Shown here one piece after another: positions 36,226 to 45,869 of a DNA stretch of 64,000 nucleotides (the first letter of the stretch is position 1; every line of letters starts with the position of its first letter). The notes beneath the pieces are model-generated. The model saw nothing but the letters and a program-made list of their open reading frames with translations. It was not told where the DNA came from and did no database searches. The translations under genes and the position numbers were made by a program. This DNA comes from Pseudaminobacter sp. Its GTDB lineage: Bacteria > Pseudomonadota > Alphaproteobacteria > Rhizobiales > Rhizobiaceae. Location of the stretch: positions 16,388-80,387 of the forward strand of contig DASZDZ010000008.1 in the NCBI GenBank assembly GCA_035941355.1, read 5' to 3'.

Positions 36226-37428
36226 ATGGCCGCCGCCACCGCCCCCTGGGCAACCGAAACGCCAACCGCCCTTCTGGTGCTCGCCGACGGCACCGTCATC
36301 GAGGGGCGCGGCCTCGGCGCGACGGGCAGCGCTGTCGCCGAAGTGTGCTTCAACACAGCGCTCACCGGCTACCAGGAAATCCTCACCGATCCGTCCTACG
36401 CAGGCCAGATCGTCACCTTCACCTTCCCCCACATCGGCAATATCGGCGCCAACGACGAGGACATCGAGGATCTGAACCCGGCGGCCCGCGCCGGCGCGGT
36501 CGGCGCCGTGTTCAAGGCCGACGTCACCAATCCGTCGAGCTACCGTGCCTCGGTCCATCTCGACCAGTGGCTGAAGCGGCGCGGCGTCATCGCCATTTCC
36601 GGTATCGACACCCGCGCGCTCACCGCGCTGATTCGCGAGAAGGGCGCGCCCAACGCCGTCATCGCGCATGCGCCCGACGGCAGGTTCGACATCGAGGACC
36701 TGAAGACTAGGGCCAAGGCGTGGTCCGGCCTCGTCGGTCTCGATCTGGCGAAGGAAGTAACCTCCGGCCAGTCCTCCGTCTGGCGCGAGACCCCTTGGAT
36801 CTGGGACGAGGGCTATGGCGAGCAGGGCGAACCGTCCATGCACGTCGTCGCCGTAGATTACGGTATCAAGCGCAACATTCTGAGGCTGCTCGCCGGCCTC
36901 GGCGTCAAGGTCACGGTGGTGCCGGCCAGGACCGGCGCGGACGAGATACTCGCCATGAAACCGGACGGCGTGTTCCTCTCCAATGGTCCCGGCGACCCGG
37001 CCGCCACCGGCGAATACGCCGTGCCGGTGATCAGGGACCTGCTCAAGACCGAACTGCCGGTGTTCGGCATCTGCCTCGGCCACCAGATGCTGGCGCTGGC
37101 GCTCGGCGGCAAGACCGAAAAGATGCACCAGGGCCATCACGGCGCCAATCACCCGGTGAAGGACCACACCACCGGCAAGGTCGAGATCGTGTCGATGAAT
37201 CACGGCTTCTCGGTTGATTCGAAGTCGCTGCCCCAGGGCGTGGAGGAAACTCACATCTCGCTGTTCGACGGCTCCAATTGCGGCATCTCGCTCACCGGCA
37301 AGCCGGTGTTCTCGGTGCAGCACCACCCCGAGGCCTCGCCCGGCCCGCAGGATTCGCACTATCTGTTCCGCCGCTTCGCCAACCTGATTCGCGAGCGGAA
37401 AGGCGAACCGGCGCTGGCGGAACGCTGA
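36226..37428 (+). CDS. carA: carbamoyl-phosphate synthase small (glutaminase) subunit
   Basis: ..ALLVLADGTVIEGRGLGATGSAVAEVCFNTALTGYQEILTDPSYAGQIVTFTFPHIGN.., catalytic ..PVFGICLGHQML.., ..VQHHPEASPGPQD... Internal ATG 36226. Confidence 0.95.
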   Translation: MAAATAPWATETPTALLVLADGTVIEGRGLGATGSAVAEVCFNTALTGYQEILTDPSYAGQIVTFTFPHIGNIGANDEDIEDLNPAARAGAVGAVFKADVTNPSSYRASVHLDQWLKRRGVIAISGIDTRALTALIREKGAPNAVIAHAPDGRFDIEDLKTRAKAWSGLVGLDLAKEVTSGQSSVWRETPWIWDEGYGEQGEPSMHVVAVDYGIKRNILRLLAGLGVKVTVVPARTGADEILAMKPDGVFLSNGPGDPAATGEYAVPVIRDLLKTELPVFGICLGHQMLALALGGKTEKMHQGHHGANHPVKDHTTGKVEIVSMNHGFSVDSKSLPQGVEETHISLFDGSNCGISLTGKPVFSVQHHPEASPGPQDSHYLFRRFANLIRERKGEPALAER

Positions 37429-37462
37429 GCGGCGCGCCTCCCGGAGCGCCGCGCGCGCTTTT
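37429..37462 (+). terminator. hairpin plus T-tract after carA
   Basis: GCGGCGC-N10-GCGCCGC, followed by GCGCGCTTTTCG, starting immediately after the carA stop. Confidence 0.45.
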
Positions 37463-37484
37463 CGAGCACGCAACTTAGCCAAGG

Positions 37485-37913
37485 CTAGCGCGAGGTGTCA
37501 CAATGTGCGGCCGAGCCGGGCCCGCAGGCTCCCGCATGGACAGCGATCGGTTCACGGCTCCGTCCTTGTTGCCGGTAGTCGCCAGCTTTTCCCTTGCCGC
37601 AGACTTTTTTTGCCAGGCTGCCCTGTGACGCGGGGCCCCCTTTGCTTTTCTTATACACGTAGGCCTTCGCGCAGTCGTTGGTGTAGCTCCAAAGGCGGCC
37701 CTTGATCCTCCATTGATAGGGTGACTCACCGCCGGCCTTCCTCCAGAAGATCCGGCCCGACGTGTAGGCCTGCTTGTCTGGACTCGTGCTGCGGTAAACC
37801 CGGCTCTGCCATTTTCCGGTCCACTCGGCAGTTGCTTCGCTGCCGCTTAACGCGAAGATGACGGCGAGACCGAGCGCCAGGCTCGCGAGCCGCTGTGTTT
37901 TCGCTCTCTGCAT
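37485..37913 (-). CDS. secreted hypothetical protein
   Basis: ATG 37913 preceded by GGAGGAAAAG. Signal peptide MQRAKTQRLASLALGLAVIFALSGSEATA. The mature part is rich in W/Y/K. Sits between carA and its duplicated 3' end. Confidence 0.6.
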   Translation of the reverse strand: MQRAKTQRLASLALGLAVIFALSGSEATAEWTGKWQSRVYRSTSPDKQAYTSGRIFWRKAGGESPYQWRIKGRLWSYTNDCAKAYVYKKSKGGPASQGSLAKKVCGKGKAGDYRQQGRSREPIAVHAGACGPGSAAHCDTSR

Positions 37914-38090
37914 CTTTTCCTCCATGGTTTCGGGTGATGTGGAACAACCACACCGGGAACTGATCGTCGGCGTTAAAGGCTACGGCTTGATTTCACGGAG
38001 GCGGATTTCGGGTTTCGATTGAAACCTGGTCATCGATCCGGAGTCTCCCGGCATCGCGCACTCAATCGGGTCCGGAAGCCGGAATTCGAC

Positions 38091-38330
38091 GGAGACACCA
38101 CCGACCCGATTCCGATTTTCGGGTCGACGCCAACTCTCTGCCCGAAGGCGTGGAGGAAACTCACATCTCGCTGTTCGACGGCTCCAACTGCGGCATCTCG
38201 CTCACCGGCAAGCCCGGTGCAGCACCACCCCGAGGTCTCGCCCAGCCCGCAGGATTCGCACTACCTGTTCCGCCGATTCGCCAATCTGATCCGCGAGCGG
38301 AAGGGCGAGCCGGCGCTGGCTGAACGGTGA
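38091..38330 (+). pseudogene. carA 3'-end remnant (duplicate of about 37161-37428)
   Basis: 38138-38330 aligns base-for-base with 37228-37428, with scattered substitutions and an 8-bp deletion that breaks the frame. The encoded tail [37 protein letters not shown] matches the carA tail. Weaker similarity extends back to about 38091. Confidence 0.85.
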
Positions 38331-38414
38331 GCTGCGCGCCAAGGAGTGCCGCTCGCCCTTTGAAATGGGTTGCGTTGGGACTCAGCCGCCAGTTCGGAGG
38401 GGCGCGGTGCGTAT

Positions 38415-39204
38415 TCAGCCGACAATGCCTGCTAGTGAGGCAGCTCTCGCCGTCATCTCCGGCTCGCGACTCGGATCGACTTGGCACGATGCAAACACGT
38501 CCTCGCCTGCCAGCCACCGGGATTCCAGATCGGGCTCCTCGAGAGCCAACGCAAGCGCCTCCCCTAATTCGTAGGCGTGATTTGCCCTACCCGTCGATTC
38601 GATCGCGGAGATGAGGGCAAGTCGCGTATTCGACCCAGCATAGACATGGACTCGCGGCCGCGGGATGCTTTCATCGCTGCCGTTGAAGCGGCCTCGCAGC
38701 GGGCCTTCGACCCGGAAACGCACATGCGGCATGCAATCGGGCGGACTTCATAAGCGGAACAGACGTTGTCCTGCAGAAGCGGGCAAGGGATTTTCGCCCG
38801 GTTGCGGTTTTCGATGCTCATGCCCTTCAGGGGCACGCATCGCTCCACTATGCCGTCGAGGCGATCGGCATCGAAATTAGCCCGGAGAAACCTGGACATA
38901 GCGAATATCTCGGGGGCGGTCGCGGATGCATAGAGATAGCAGCAGAAGCTGCATCCCTTGCGCAGTCGATAGGAACGAGCGACGGATAGGTCTGCAAGGA
39001 GCGATTATTGATCTGGAAAGCCGCTTCGGCCGCTTCCGCCGCATTGCCGCCGCCGGTGCGTTGGCCCACCAGCCTGTCCCGGATGGCTATCGCGACCGCG
39101 CCGACTTCATTCGGTTGGGCTTTGGGAGGAATGCCCCGGCGAATGGCCCGGTCTGCCCCTTTCCGGAATTCTTTTTGAATCCTGCGCTTGTCGGTGCGGT
39201 GCAT
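38415..39204 (-). pseudogene. YkgJ-type cysteine-cluster (CxxCxxCC) protein gene, disrupted by frameshifts
   Basis: Three overlapping minus-strand ORFs (38848..39204, 38564..38899, 38415..38732) join into one protein. Restoring one base in the AA(A)GGG run near 38950 gives ..IDCAKGCSFCCYLYASATAPEIFAMSRFLRANFD... The second ORF carries CPLLQDNVCSAYEVRPIACR. Confidence 0.6.
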
Positions 39205-39404
39205 TGGTCAACTCGCCAACTCGCTCCGCCCAATGCATCGAATACAGAAATTTCGTGGCGGTCGGGTGACAATGCGGGATGCAGCGCCGGCAAATGGATT
39301 GGGGCCAGTGCCTCGCGGCGAAACCCCGCACCCTTTCAAGGGGATAGGCACAATTCTGACCCGAACTGGCCACATTTGCAGGCCATGATTCGGCATGCGG
39401 GGGC

Positions 39405-40202
39405 ATGCGTAGAGGGTTCAGTGTGAAAAATTTCCGTAAACTCGGCGCCGCCGGGCGGCTGTTTCGGGTGCGCCTGGATTGGCGCAGGGCCCGCAGAATG
39501 GCGGGCATCGCCGCCGCTGTGTTCTCCGTGGTCGCAGCCGGCACGTTGAGCGCAATGTTCGTCGACCACCTTGCCGAACGCGCAGTGATGCGCGCCGCGG
39601 CGGAAGCGCCCGCGGCCGCGCGCGAGGCCGCGGTCAAGTCGGCGGCCGACAGCGCCGCCAACGCACTGGCTGAGGTGAAGCCGGCCGCGCCTGTCGAGCG
39701 CGATGCCGGCAAGGTCGGTGCCGCACCAGCCGGCCTCGTGGCTGCCGCAGCACCGCAGCGCGCCGCCGCGACGGCCGCGTTGAAACCGGCAACGGCCGCG
39801 CCGAAATTCCCCGGCGAGGAAAAGATGCCGCCGGCCGCGCCCACAATGGCCTATGCGGAGCAGGACGACGCCGATCGGAAGTTCGACGCGTCCGCGAAGG
39901 AGGCTGGCGACACGACCGACGAGACCGCCACGGCGGCCATCGCCACGGTTCCCCTCCCCGCCTCCGCGCCATTCCCCGAGCCGCGCGACAAGGAAGCCGT
40001 CGAAGCGGAAGAGGCTGCGGGCCGCGAGGCGCGCGTGACCAAATACGTCAACCTGCGCTCAGGCCCAACTGACGAGTCCAAGGTCGTCGCCGTTGTGCCG
40101 GCCAAGGCATCGGTCAGCGTGCTCGACTGCAAGGCGTGGTGCGAGGTCGTCTTCGACGGCAAGAAGGGCTGGATCTACAAGCGCTTCATCCGCGAGTCCT
40201 GA
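39405..40202 (+). CDS. membrane-anchored Ala-rich protein with C-terminal bacterial SH3 domain
   Basis: TM IAAAVFSVVAAGTLSAMFV, an Ala/Pro-rich linker, and C-terminal VTKYVNLRSGPTDESKVVAVVPAKASVSVLDCKAWCEVVFDGKKGWIYKRFI (SH3b). Confidence 0.75.
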   Translation: MRRGFSVKNFRKLGAAGRLFRVRLDWRRARRMAGIAAAVFSVVAAGTLSAMFVDHLAERAVMRAAAEAPAAAREAAVKSAADSAANALAEVKPAAPVERDAGKVGAAPAGLVAAAAPQRAAATAALKPATAAPKFPGEEKMPPAAPTMAYAEQDDADRKFDASAKEAGDTTDETATAAIATVPLPASAPFPEPRDKEAVEAEEAAGREARVTKYVNLRSGPTDESKVVAVVPAKASVSVLDCKAWCEVVFDGKKGWIYKRFIRES

Positions 40203-40219
40203 CCGCCCGGCGCAACCCC

Positions 40220-41134
40220 TCAAATCGGATTGTTGAACGTGTCGCAATCCGCCAGCTTGCCGCTCTGGAAGCCGCGGTTGAACCAGGTCGCGCGCTGCTC
40301 GGACGTGCCGTGGTTGAAGCTTTCGGGCACGACATAGCCCTGCGTGCGCCGCTGCAGCGTGTCGTCGCCGATCTGCGTCGCGGCGTTCAGCGCCTCCTCC
40401 AGGTCGCCCTGTTCGAGCAGCCCCTTCTGGTCGGTGAAATGGCCCCATATGCCGGCGAAGCAGTCTGCCTGCAGTTCCACCCGCGTCGACATCTGGTTTG
40501 CCTCGGCCTGGCTCATCGACTGCCGCATCTCGTTGAATTTCGGCAGGATACCGGTGAGATTCTGGACGTGGTGGCCCACCTCGTGCGCCAGCACATAAGC
40601 CTGCGCGAAATCGCCGGCGGCCTCGAATTGACGCTCGAGCTGGTCGTAGAAGGCGAGGTCGATATAGACCTTGCGGTCGCCCGGGCAATAGAACGGGCCG
40701 GACGCCGCCGAGGCGTAGCCGCATGCCGAGCGTACCTGACGCGAAAACAGGACAAGCGTCGGCTCGGTGTAATCGAGCCCTTCTGCCTGGAAGATGCCGT
40801 TCCACACATCCTCGGTTTCGGCAAGCACGGTGGAGACGAACTGGGTCATCTCGTCGCTAGCCTGCGTGTCCGTGGTCTCCGTGATCTGGCCGCCGCCGCC
40901 CGGCGCCGGGCCAGACGCCTCCTCCAGTATGGCGAGCGGGTCGATGCCGCACGCCCGCAGCGCGAAGAACAGCACGACGAGGATCAGGATGCCCGATATT
41001 CCGCCGCCGCCGACGCCTCGGCCTATCGGAAGGCGAATGCCGCCGCCGCGCCCCAGCCCGCCGCCGCCGAACCCGCCTCCCTGTCCGCGTGCGTCCTGGA
41101 CGTTCTCGCTCTGTCGACGGCCTCTCCAGCGCAT
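40220..41134 (-). CDS. YpfJ-like neutral zinc metallopeptidase
   Basis: Gly-rich N-terminus plus TM, FYCPGDRKVYIDLAFY and HEVGHHVQN (HExxH), C-terminal ..HGTSEQRATWFNRGFQSG... Confidence 0.9.
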   Translation of the reverse strand: MRWRGRRQSENVQDARGQGGGFGGGGLGRGGGIRLPIGRGVGGGGISGILILVVLFFALRACGIDPLAILEEASGPAPGGGGQITETTDTQASDEMTQFVSTVLAETEDVWNGIFQAEGLDYTEPTLVLFSRQVRSACGYASAASGPFYCPGDRKVYIDLAFYDQLERQFEAAGDFAQAYVLAHEVGHHVQNLTGILPKFNEMRQSMSQAEANQMSTRVELQADCFAGIWGHFTDQKGLLEQGDLEEALNAATQIGDDTLQRRTQGYVVPESFNHGTSEQRATWFNRGFQSGKLADCDTFNNPI

Positions 41135-41440
41135 GGCGCATCCTTTCGAACCGGCTTCCCGCCGGCGGCGCCGATGCCGCCCGCGACCCTCAACCGATAA
41201 TTAGCCGAACGGTTGCGGCCTGTCACAGCTTTTTGGACGGACGGTGCAACTGGCGCGAGGGAGACGGACCAGGGTGTGTTGAGATTCAGGTCAGGCCGAG
41301 TCGGAATCGAAGATGGGCGCGCAGCGACCAAAATGATGGATTTCGAGAACCGGAGCGCAGCGGACATTCGGGTCCGTGAGCACCGGAAGCGCAGAAAAGC
41401 CGTCATTTGCAGGCCGGCCTCACCTGAATATCAACACATC

Positions 41441-44140
41441 CTACGAGGCGCGCCGCTTTCGCGAGCGGATAAACGCCTTGAGATCGGCCGCGCTCATGGC
41501 ATGTCCGAACGCGAAGCCCTGCAGCATGTCGCAGCCGAGATCCTTCAGGATGCGCGCGTGCTGCATGGTCTCGACGCCCTCTGCCACCACCTCGATGCCG
41601 AGCGACTTGCCGATGTCGACGATCGACGCAACCAGTTGTCTTTGCTTGGGCGACTTGGCGATCGGCATAACCAGCTGGCGGTCTATCTTCAGCCGCCGCG
41701 GCTTGAGCTTGAGCAGGCTGACGATCGAGGCGTAGCCGGTGCCGAAATCGTCGATCTCTATGTCGATGCCGAGTTCCTTGATCTGGTGGACATTCCAGGC
41801 CACCAGTTCGTCGCTTTCGTCGAGGAAGATGGACTCGACCAGTTCGAACGAAACCGTGCCCGGACGGATGTTCAGCTTGCGCAGGCTCTTGATCAATTCC
41901 TCATCCTGGAGACGGCGCGCCGAGACGTTGACCGATACGCGGGGCACATCCAGGCCAGCCCTCGCCCAGTCGTCGAAATGGCCGAGCGTCTGCTCCAGCA
42001 CGATGCGGTCTATGGTCGAGAGGACGTTCAGTTCCTCGGCGACCTTCACGAACATCTCCGGCGTCAGGACACCCGCCGTCGGATGCTGCCAGCGGGCGAG
42101 CGCCTCGACGCCCGCGATTTCCAGCGTCTTGGCGTCGAATTGCGGCTGGTAGTACGCGACGAATTCGTTGCGCTCCAGGCCGCCCAGTATTTCGTCGGCG
42201 ACGCGCTTGGTGGTGACGATCTCCGCCTGCAGCGCCTCGCTGAAGAATTCGTGGCGGTTGCGGCCGCGGCTCTTGGCCCGGTAGAGCGCGATGTCGGCGT
42301 TGACCAGCAGGCGCTTGGGATCGACGTTTTCGCCCGGTTCCATGGCGATGCCGATGCTGACGCCGAACCGGCACTGATGACCCTCGTAGAAGACCGGTTG
42401 GCGCATCCGCCGGATGATGCGCTCGGCAAGCGAGGACAGATCGTCCGAACCGCCATCCGCAGTGCAGACCACCACGAACTCGTCGCCGCCGATGCGGGCC
42501 ACGAAGTCCTGCGGGCGCACATTCGACTTCAGCACCTGCGACGCATGTATCAGCATGGCGTCGCCGGCGGCGTGGCCGAGCGTGTCGTTGATCTGCTTGA
42601 AGCGATCGAGATCGATGTGCAGGAGCGCCGCGTGCCCGCCGCCCCGCACGCATGCGGCCGCGTAGTGCTCCAGTATCTCGTCCAGATAGCGCCGATTCGG
42701 CAGCCCCGTCAGCGAATCGTGCAGCGAGTTGTGTTCGATGCGTGCCTTGGCCGCCTCGAGTTCGGCGTACCTGGTTTCGGCGAGATTCTTGGCGCGCTCC
42801 AGTTCCCTGGTCAGCATCACATCGGCCGTAACGTCCCATTCCGCGCCGATCATCTTCGGCGTTTCGTTGCTGTCGTTGTAGATGATGGCGCGGGTGCGGA
42901 TGTGGCGGATCTCGCCGTTCGGCAGCACGAGACGGTAATCCGACGAGTAGCGGCCGCCGGTTGAAACGGCCTTGTCGAAATCCGTCGTCGCGCGTTCCAG
43001 GTCGTCGGGATGGATCGACCCTGCCCAGTCTTCGTAGCCGCGCGGCGCGCCATCCCTCGGCTTGCCGTAAATCTCGTTGACGCGGTCGTCCCAGACCAGA
43101 TCGTTGGTTTCCAGATCGTGCTCCCAAACGCCGATCTGCGATGCTTCCAGCGCCAGTTCCAGGCGCCGCGACAGTTTTTTGAGCTGCGTCTCGCGTCGGC
43201 GCGCTTCGCGGTAGTGCTTCTGGCGTTCCTCGATCAGCCGCCCGGCAATCAGGATCGGCACGATCACCAGCGCGCCGGCCACGAAGATAAGCCCCCGCAG
43301 CACCCAGGCGTTGGGTGGGATCGCGTTCCAGCCGCCTTTCGGCACGGCCGCTATCTGCCACGAGCCAGAGGGCAGGATCACGGTGGCGGTCACCGGATTG
43401 CCCTCGACCACTTGTTCCCGGCCGTAGAACCGCGCGCCGGTCTTGCCGAGCGCATCGTGCCCGGTCAGAGCTATCTCGATGGGCAGGTCCGGGTCGAGCA
43501 GTCCGCTGTCCCTGTAGAGCCGCTGCACGTCGATGACGGCCGAGACGATGCCCCAGAACCTATCGCTGTTCCCCGCGCTCGGGACATAGACTGGAAAGCG
43601 GCCGATGAAGCCTTGTCCGCCTTGGGTCAGTTCAACAGGCCCTGCAAGAACCAATCGTCGAGTATCGCGCGCGCGAAACACGCTCTCGCGCTGTGCTTCG
43701 TTTTCGCGGTAGTCGAGCCCGATCGCCCTTTCGTTGCCCTTTATTGGATACATTAGGGAGATGACAAGATTCGGTGCGCCCGCGATATTGTTCAGCTGCG
43801 AACCTTCCGCAAACAAATTGCGGGCGAGCGAAGCAAAGCGCTGCTGGCCCATGTAGGGTTCCGTCACGATCGCCGAGACCAGGCCGCGCACCAGCTGGAT
43901 ATTGCCGTTGATGTTGCCTTCGAGCTTGGCGCGGATAAGATTGACCCCCGCGAGCACGTCGGCGCGGCTGGCCTGATCGTGCACGAGGCGGTTCTGCTGG
44001 TCGGCGAAGATGCCGCCAAGCACGATGACGATGACGGCGATCACTGCCGGAAGGTTCGTCCATGCAAGGACGACCCGGCGCGCCTGGGCGACACTGATGC
44101 CGAAAGAACTCAATACCGCAACCTGCCAGCAGTCCGGCAT
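41441..44140 (-). CDS. sensor protein with CHASE-like periplasmic domain, PAS, GGDEF and EAL domains
   Basis: N-terminal TM plus an extracytoplasmic domain, a second TM, a PAS region (..WEHDLETNDLVWDDRVNEIYG..), RIGGDEFVVV (GGDEF), and an EAL region (..YYQPQFD..EALARW.. ..IDDFGTGYAS..). Confidence 0.9.
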   Translation of the reverse strand: MPDCWQVAVLSSFGISVAQARRVVLAWTNLPAVIAVIVIVLGGIFADQQNRLVHDQASRADVLAGVNLIRAKLEGNINGNIQLVRGLVSAIVTEPYMGQQRFASLARNLFAEGSQLNNIAGAPNLVISLMYPIKGNERAIGLDYRENEAQRESVFRARDTRRLVLAGPVELTQGGQGFIGRFPVYVPSAGNSDRFWGIVSAVIDVQRLYRDSGLLDPDLPIEIALTGHDALGKTGARFYGREQVVEGNPVTATVILPSGSWQIAAVPKGGWNAIPPNAWVLRGLIFVAGALVIVPILIAGRLIEERQKHYREARRRETQLKKLSRRLELALEASQIGVWEHDLETNDLVWDDRVNEIYGKPRDGAPRGYEDWAGSIHPDDLERATTDFDKAVSTGGRYSSDYRLVLPNGEIRHIRTRAIIYNDSNETPKMIGAEWDVTADVMLTRELERAKNLAETRYAELEAAKARIEHNSLHDSLTGLPNRRYLDEILEHYAAACVRGGGHAALLHIDLDRFKQINDTLGHAAGDAMLIHASQVLKSNVRPQDFVARIGGDEFVVVCTADGGSDDLSSLAERIIRRMRQPVFYEGHQCRFGVSIGIAMEPGENVDPKRLLVNADIALYRAKSRGRNRHEFFSEALQAEIVTTKRVADEILGGLERNEFVAYYQPQFDAKTLEIAGVEALARWQHPTAGVLTPEMFVKVAEELNVLSTIDRIVLEQTLGHFDDWARAGLDVPRVSVNVSARRLQDEELIKSLRKLNIRPGTVSFELVESIFLDESDELVAWNVHQIKELGIDIEIDDFGTGYASIVSLLKLKPRRLKIDRQLVMPIAKSPKQRQLVASIVDIGKSLGIEVVAEGVETMQHARILKDLGCDMLQGFAFGHAMSAADLKAFIRSRKRRAS

Positions 44141-44336
44141 TCGAGCCGGTACGCGGACATGTTAGCATCCACTACTTAACTTTGGCTTTCCAAGGAATTT
44201 CGCGGGCTCCACCGGTCGAACCGCCGTCGCGCGAATTCGAAACGAAGGTCAGCGAAGTAGATTTCGCGGGGGCTTCGGACAAGATCATGCGGCCGATCAA
44301 TACGTCGGAGCCCACTCCCATCGAAATTGGCCGGCG

Positions 44337-44525
44337 TTAATCCCGCTGTTTGTCGCCAGCGCTCCTGCCGTCCGAGCTTTTTGACCTCTCCTCGAAGCGC
44401 TTTGCGCCCTTCGCGAGATCGCTGCCCTTCCTGGCCTCGGTCTTCTTTTCGTCCTTTTCCGCCGCCTGCTTCAGGCCGGCCGCCGCCGCCCTGCCCTTTG
44501 CCGTCGGTGCCTGGTTGACGCCCAT
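44337..44525 (-). CDS. small hydrophilic Lys/Ala-rich protein (stress-type)
   Basis: ATG 44525 preceded by GGAGGAAC. Product: MGVNQAPTAKGRAAAAGLKQAAEKDEKKTEARKGSDLAKGAKRFEERSKSSDGRSAGDKQRD. A perfect EcfG motif lies upstream. Confidence 0.6.
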   Translation of the reverse strand: MGVNQAPTAKGRAAAAGLKQAAEKDEKKTEARKGSDLAKGAKRFEERSKSSDGRSAGDKQRD

Positions 44526-44558
44526 GACGTTCCTCCGGATTGCGCGAATATCCTCCCC

Positions 44559-44583
44559 AACGCGCGATCCTTCAGCGCGTTCC
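44559..44583 (-). promoter_or_regulatory. EcfG-type promoter, perfect consensus
   Basis: Minus strand GGAAC-N16-CGTT, ending about 33 nt upstream of ATG 44525. Confidence 0.6.
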
Positions 44584-44588
44584 GGTCA

Positions 44589-44636
44589 GAGCATGATCCC
44601 GAAAAGTTGCAGACTTTTCGGACAGATCATGCGGCG
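44589..44636. repeat. short hairpin repeat (same family as 4199-4312)
   Basis: GAGCATGATCCCGAAAAGTTGCAGACTTTTCGGACAGATCATGC: an extended inverted repeat with the CCGAAAAG/CTTTTCGG core. Confidence 0.75.
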
Positions 44637-44674
44637 AATAAACAGTTAGATCAGAAAGGATCAGGTTCTGGAAT

Positions 44675-45856
44675 CTACTCGGCTGCCGGCGCGGCGGCGA
44701 CACGCCGCGACCTTGAGCTCGCCATGAGCACCGCCAGCGCCAGCATCGGAAAAACGGCGGCGACAAGGCCGAGGTCGGACGGCGTGGCGAATTCGAGCAC
44801 CCGCCCGCCCACCACCGTGCCGGCGGCAATGCCGAAATAAAGTGCCGAGGCGTTGAGCGACAGCGTCAGATGCGCGACCTCCGGCGCGAAGCCGACGATG
44901 CGGCTCGCCTGCGCCGGCGGAAACGACCAGCCGATCGTGCCCCACAGACCCATCAGCGCAATCAGCGCCGGCCCCGAGATCGCAGGCGGCAGGAATTTCA
45001 GGACGAGCGCGATGACGACGCTTACGGCGGCCGACGTCAGTAACGCCAGGACCACCACCCGGGTCGCCCCGATGCGGTCGGCCAGATAGCCGCTGGCGAG
45101 GTTGCCGACGACGGCGCCGACGCCGAAGGCGAGCAGCATGCCTGGAATGGCGAGCGCAGGCAGGCCCGCTCCTTCGGTGGTCAGCGGCGCTACATAAGAA
45201 ATGATGGCGAAGCCGCCGGTGAGATATAGGAACGTTACGGCCAGTGACGGCAATATGCCCGGCCGGCCGATCGCGGCGAACCGCTCGCCGAGCGTCAGGC
45301 GCGCGCCGCGCATTCCGTGCGGCAGCCGCGCCCAGAGGATCGCCGCGCATGCGACGCCGAGCAGCGCTATGGCCACGAAAGTGCCGCGCCAGCCCCACAT
45401 CGTGGCGATCAGCGAGCCCGCCGGTGCGCCGAGCGCGACCGCGAATGTGGTGCCGCCGACCACCACCGCTATCGCCCGCGCGCGGTGCTCCGGCCCGGCC
45501 AGTGCGACTGCGGTCGCCTGCGCAGTCGCGGCGAACAGGCCGGCCGACATGCCCATCAGGATCTGCGCGGCCAAGAGCCCGAAGAAGGACGAACTGGTCG
45601 CGGCGATGATATTGCCGGCGACGAATGAAACCATGGCCGCAGCCAGCACGCGCCGCCTGTCGATCTCACCAGCCAGCGCCGACAGCACCGGCGCGCCGAT
45701 AGCGTAGGCGAGCGAGAACGCGGTGATGAGATAGCCGGCATGCGGAATGGACACGCCGGCATCGGCGGCGATCGCCGGCAGCAGGCTGGAGAACACGAAC
45801 CCCACGGTGCTCATCGCGAACGATCCCACGGCGAGCCAGACAAGGCGCTTGTCCAT
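44675..45856 (-). CDS. MFS transporter
   Basis: 393 aa, 12-TM-like. N-terminus MDKRLVWLAVGSFAMSTVGFVFSSLLPAIAADAGVSIPHAGYLITAFSLAYAIGAP. Confidence 0.85.
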   Translation of the reverse strand: MDKRLVWLAVGSFAMSTVGFVFSSLLPAIAADAGVSIPHAGYLITAFSLAYAIGAPVLSALAGEIDRRRVLAAAMVSFVAGNIIAATSSSFFGLLAAQILMGMSAGLFAATAQATAVALAGPEHRARAIAVVVGGTTFAVALGAPAGSLIATMWGWRGTFVAIALLGVACAAILWARLPHGMRGARLTLGERFAAIGRPGILPSLAVTFLYLTGGFAIISYVAPLTTEGAGLPALAIPGMLLAFGVGAVVGNLASGYLADRIGATRVVVLALLTSAAVSVVIALVLKFLPPAISGPALIALMGLWGTIGWSFPPAQASRIVGFAPEVAHLTLSLNASALYFGIAAGTVVGGRVLEFATPSDLGLVAAVFPMLALAVLMASSRSRRVAAAPAAE

Positions 45857-45869
45857 GATCTCTTCCTTT

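Noticed and set aside
36121-37482. 453-aa ORF antisense to carA
   Set aside because: Mirror-frame artefact. carA on the plus strand is unambiguous.
38019-38330. 103-aa ORF as a possible real gene
   Set aside because: Its C-terminal 37 aa are simply the carA tail, and the rest is out-of-frame carA-like sequence plus spacer. It is a chimeric reading of the carA remnant.
41213-42964. 583-aa ORF antisense to the GGDEF/EAL sensor gene
   Set aside because: Mirror-frame artefact with no recognisable domain. The sense strand has GGDEF and EAL signatures.
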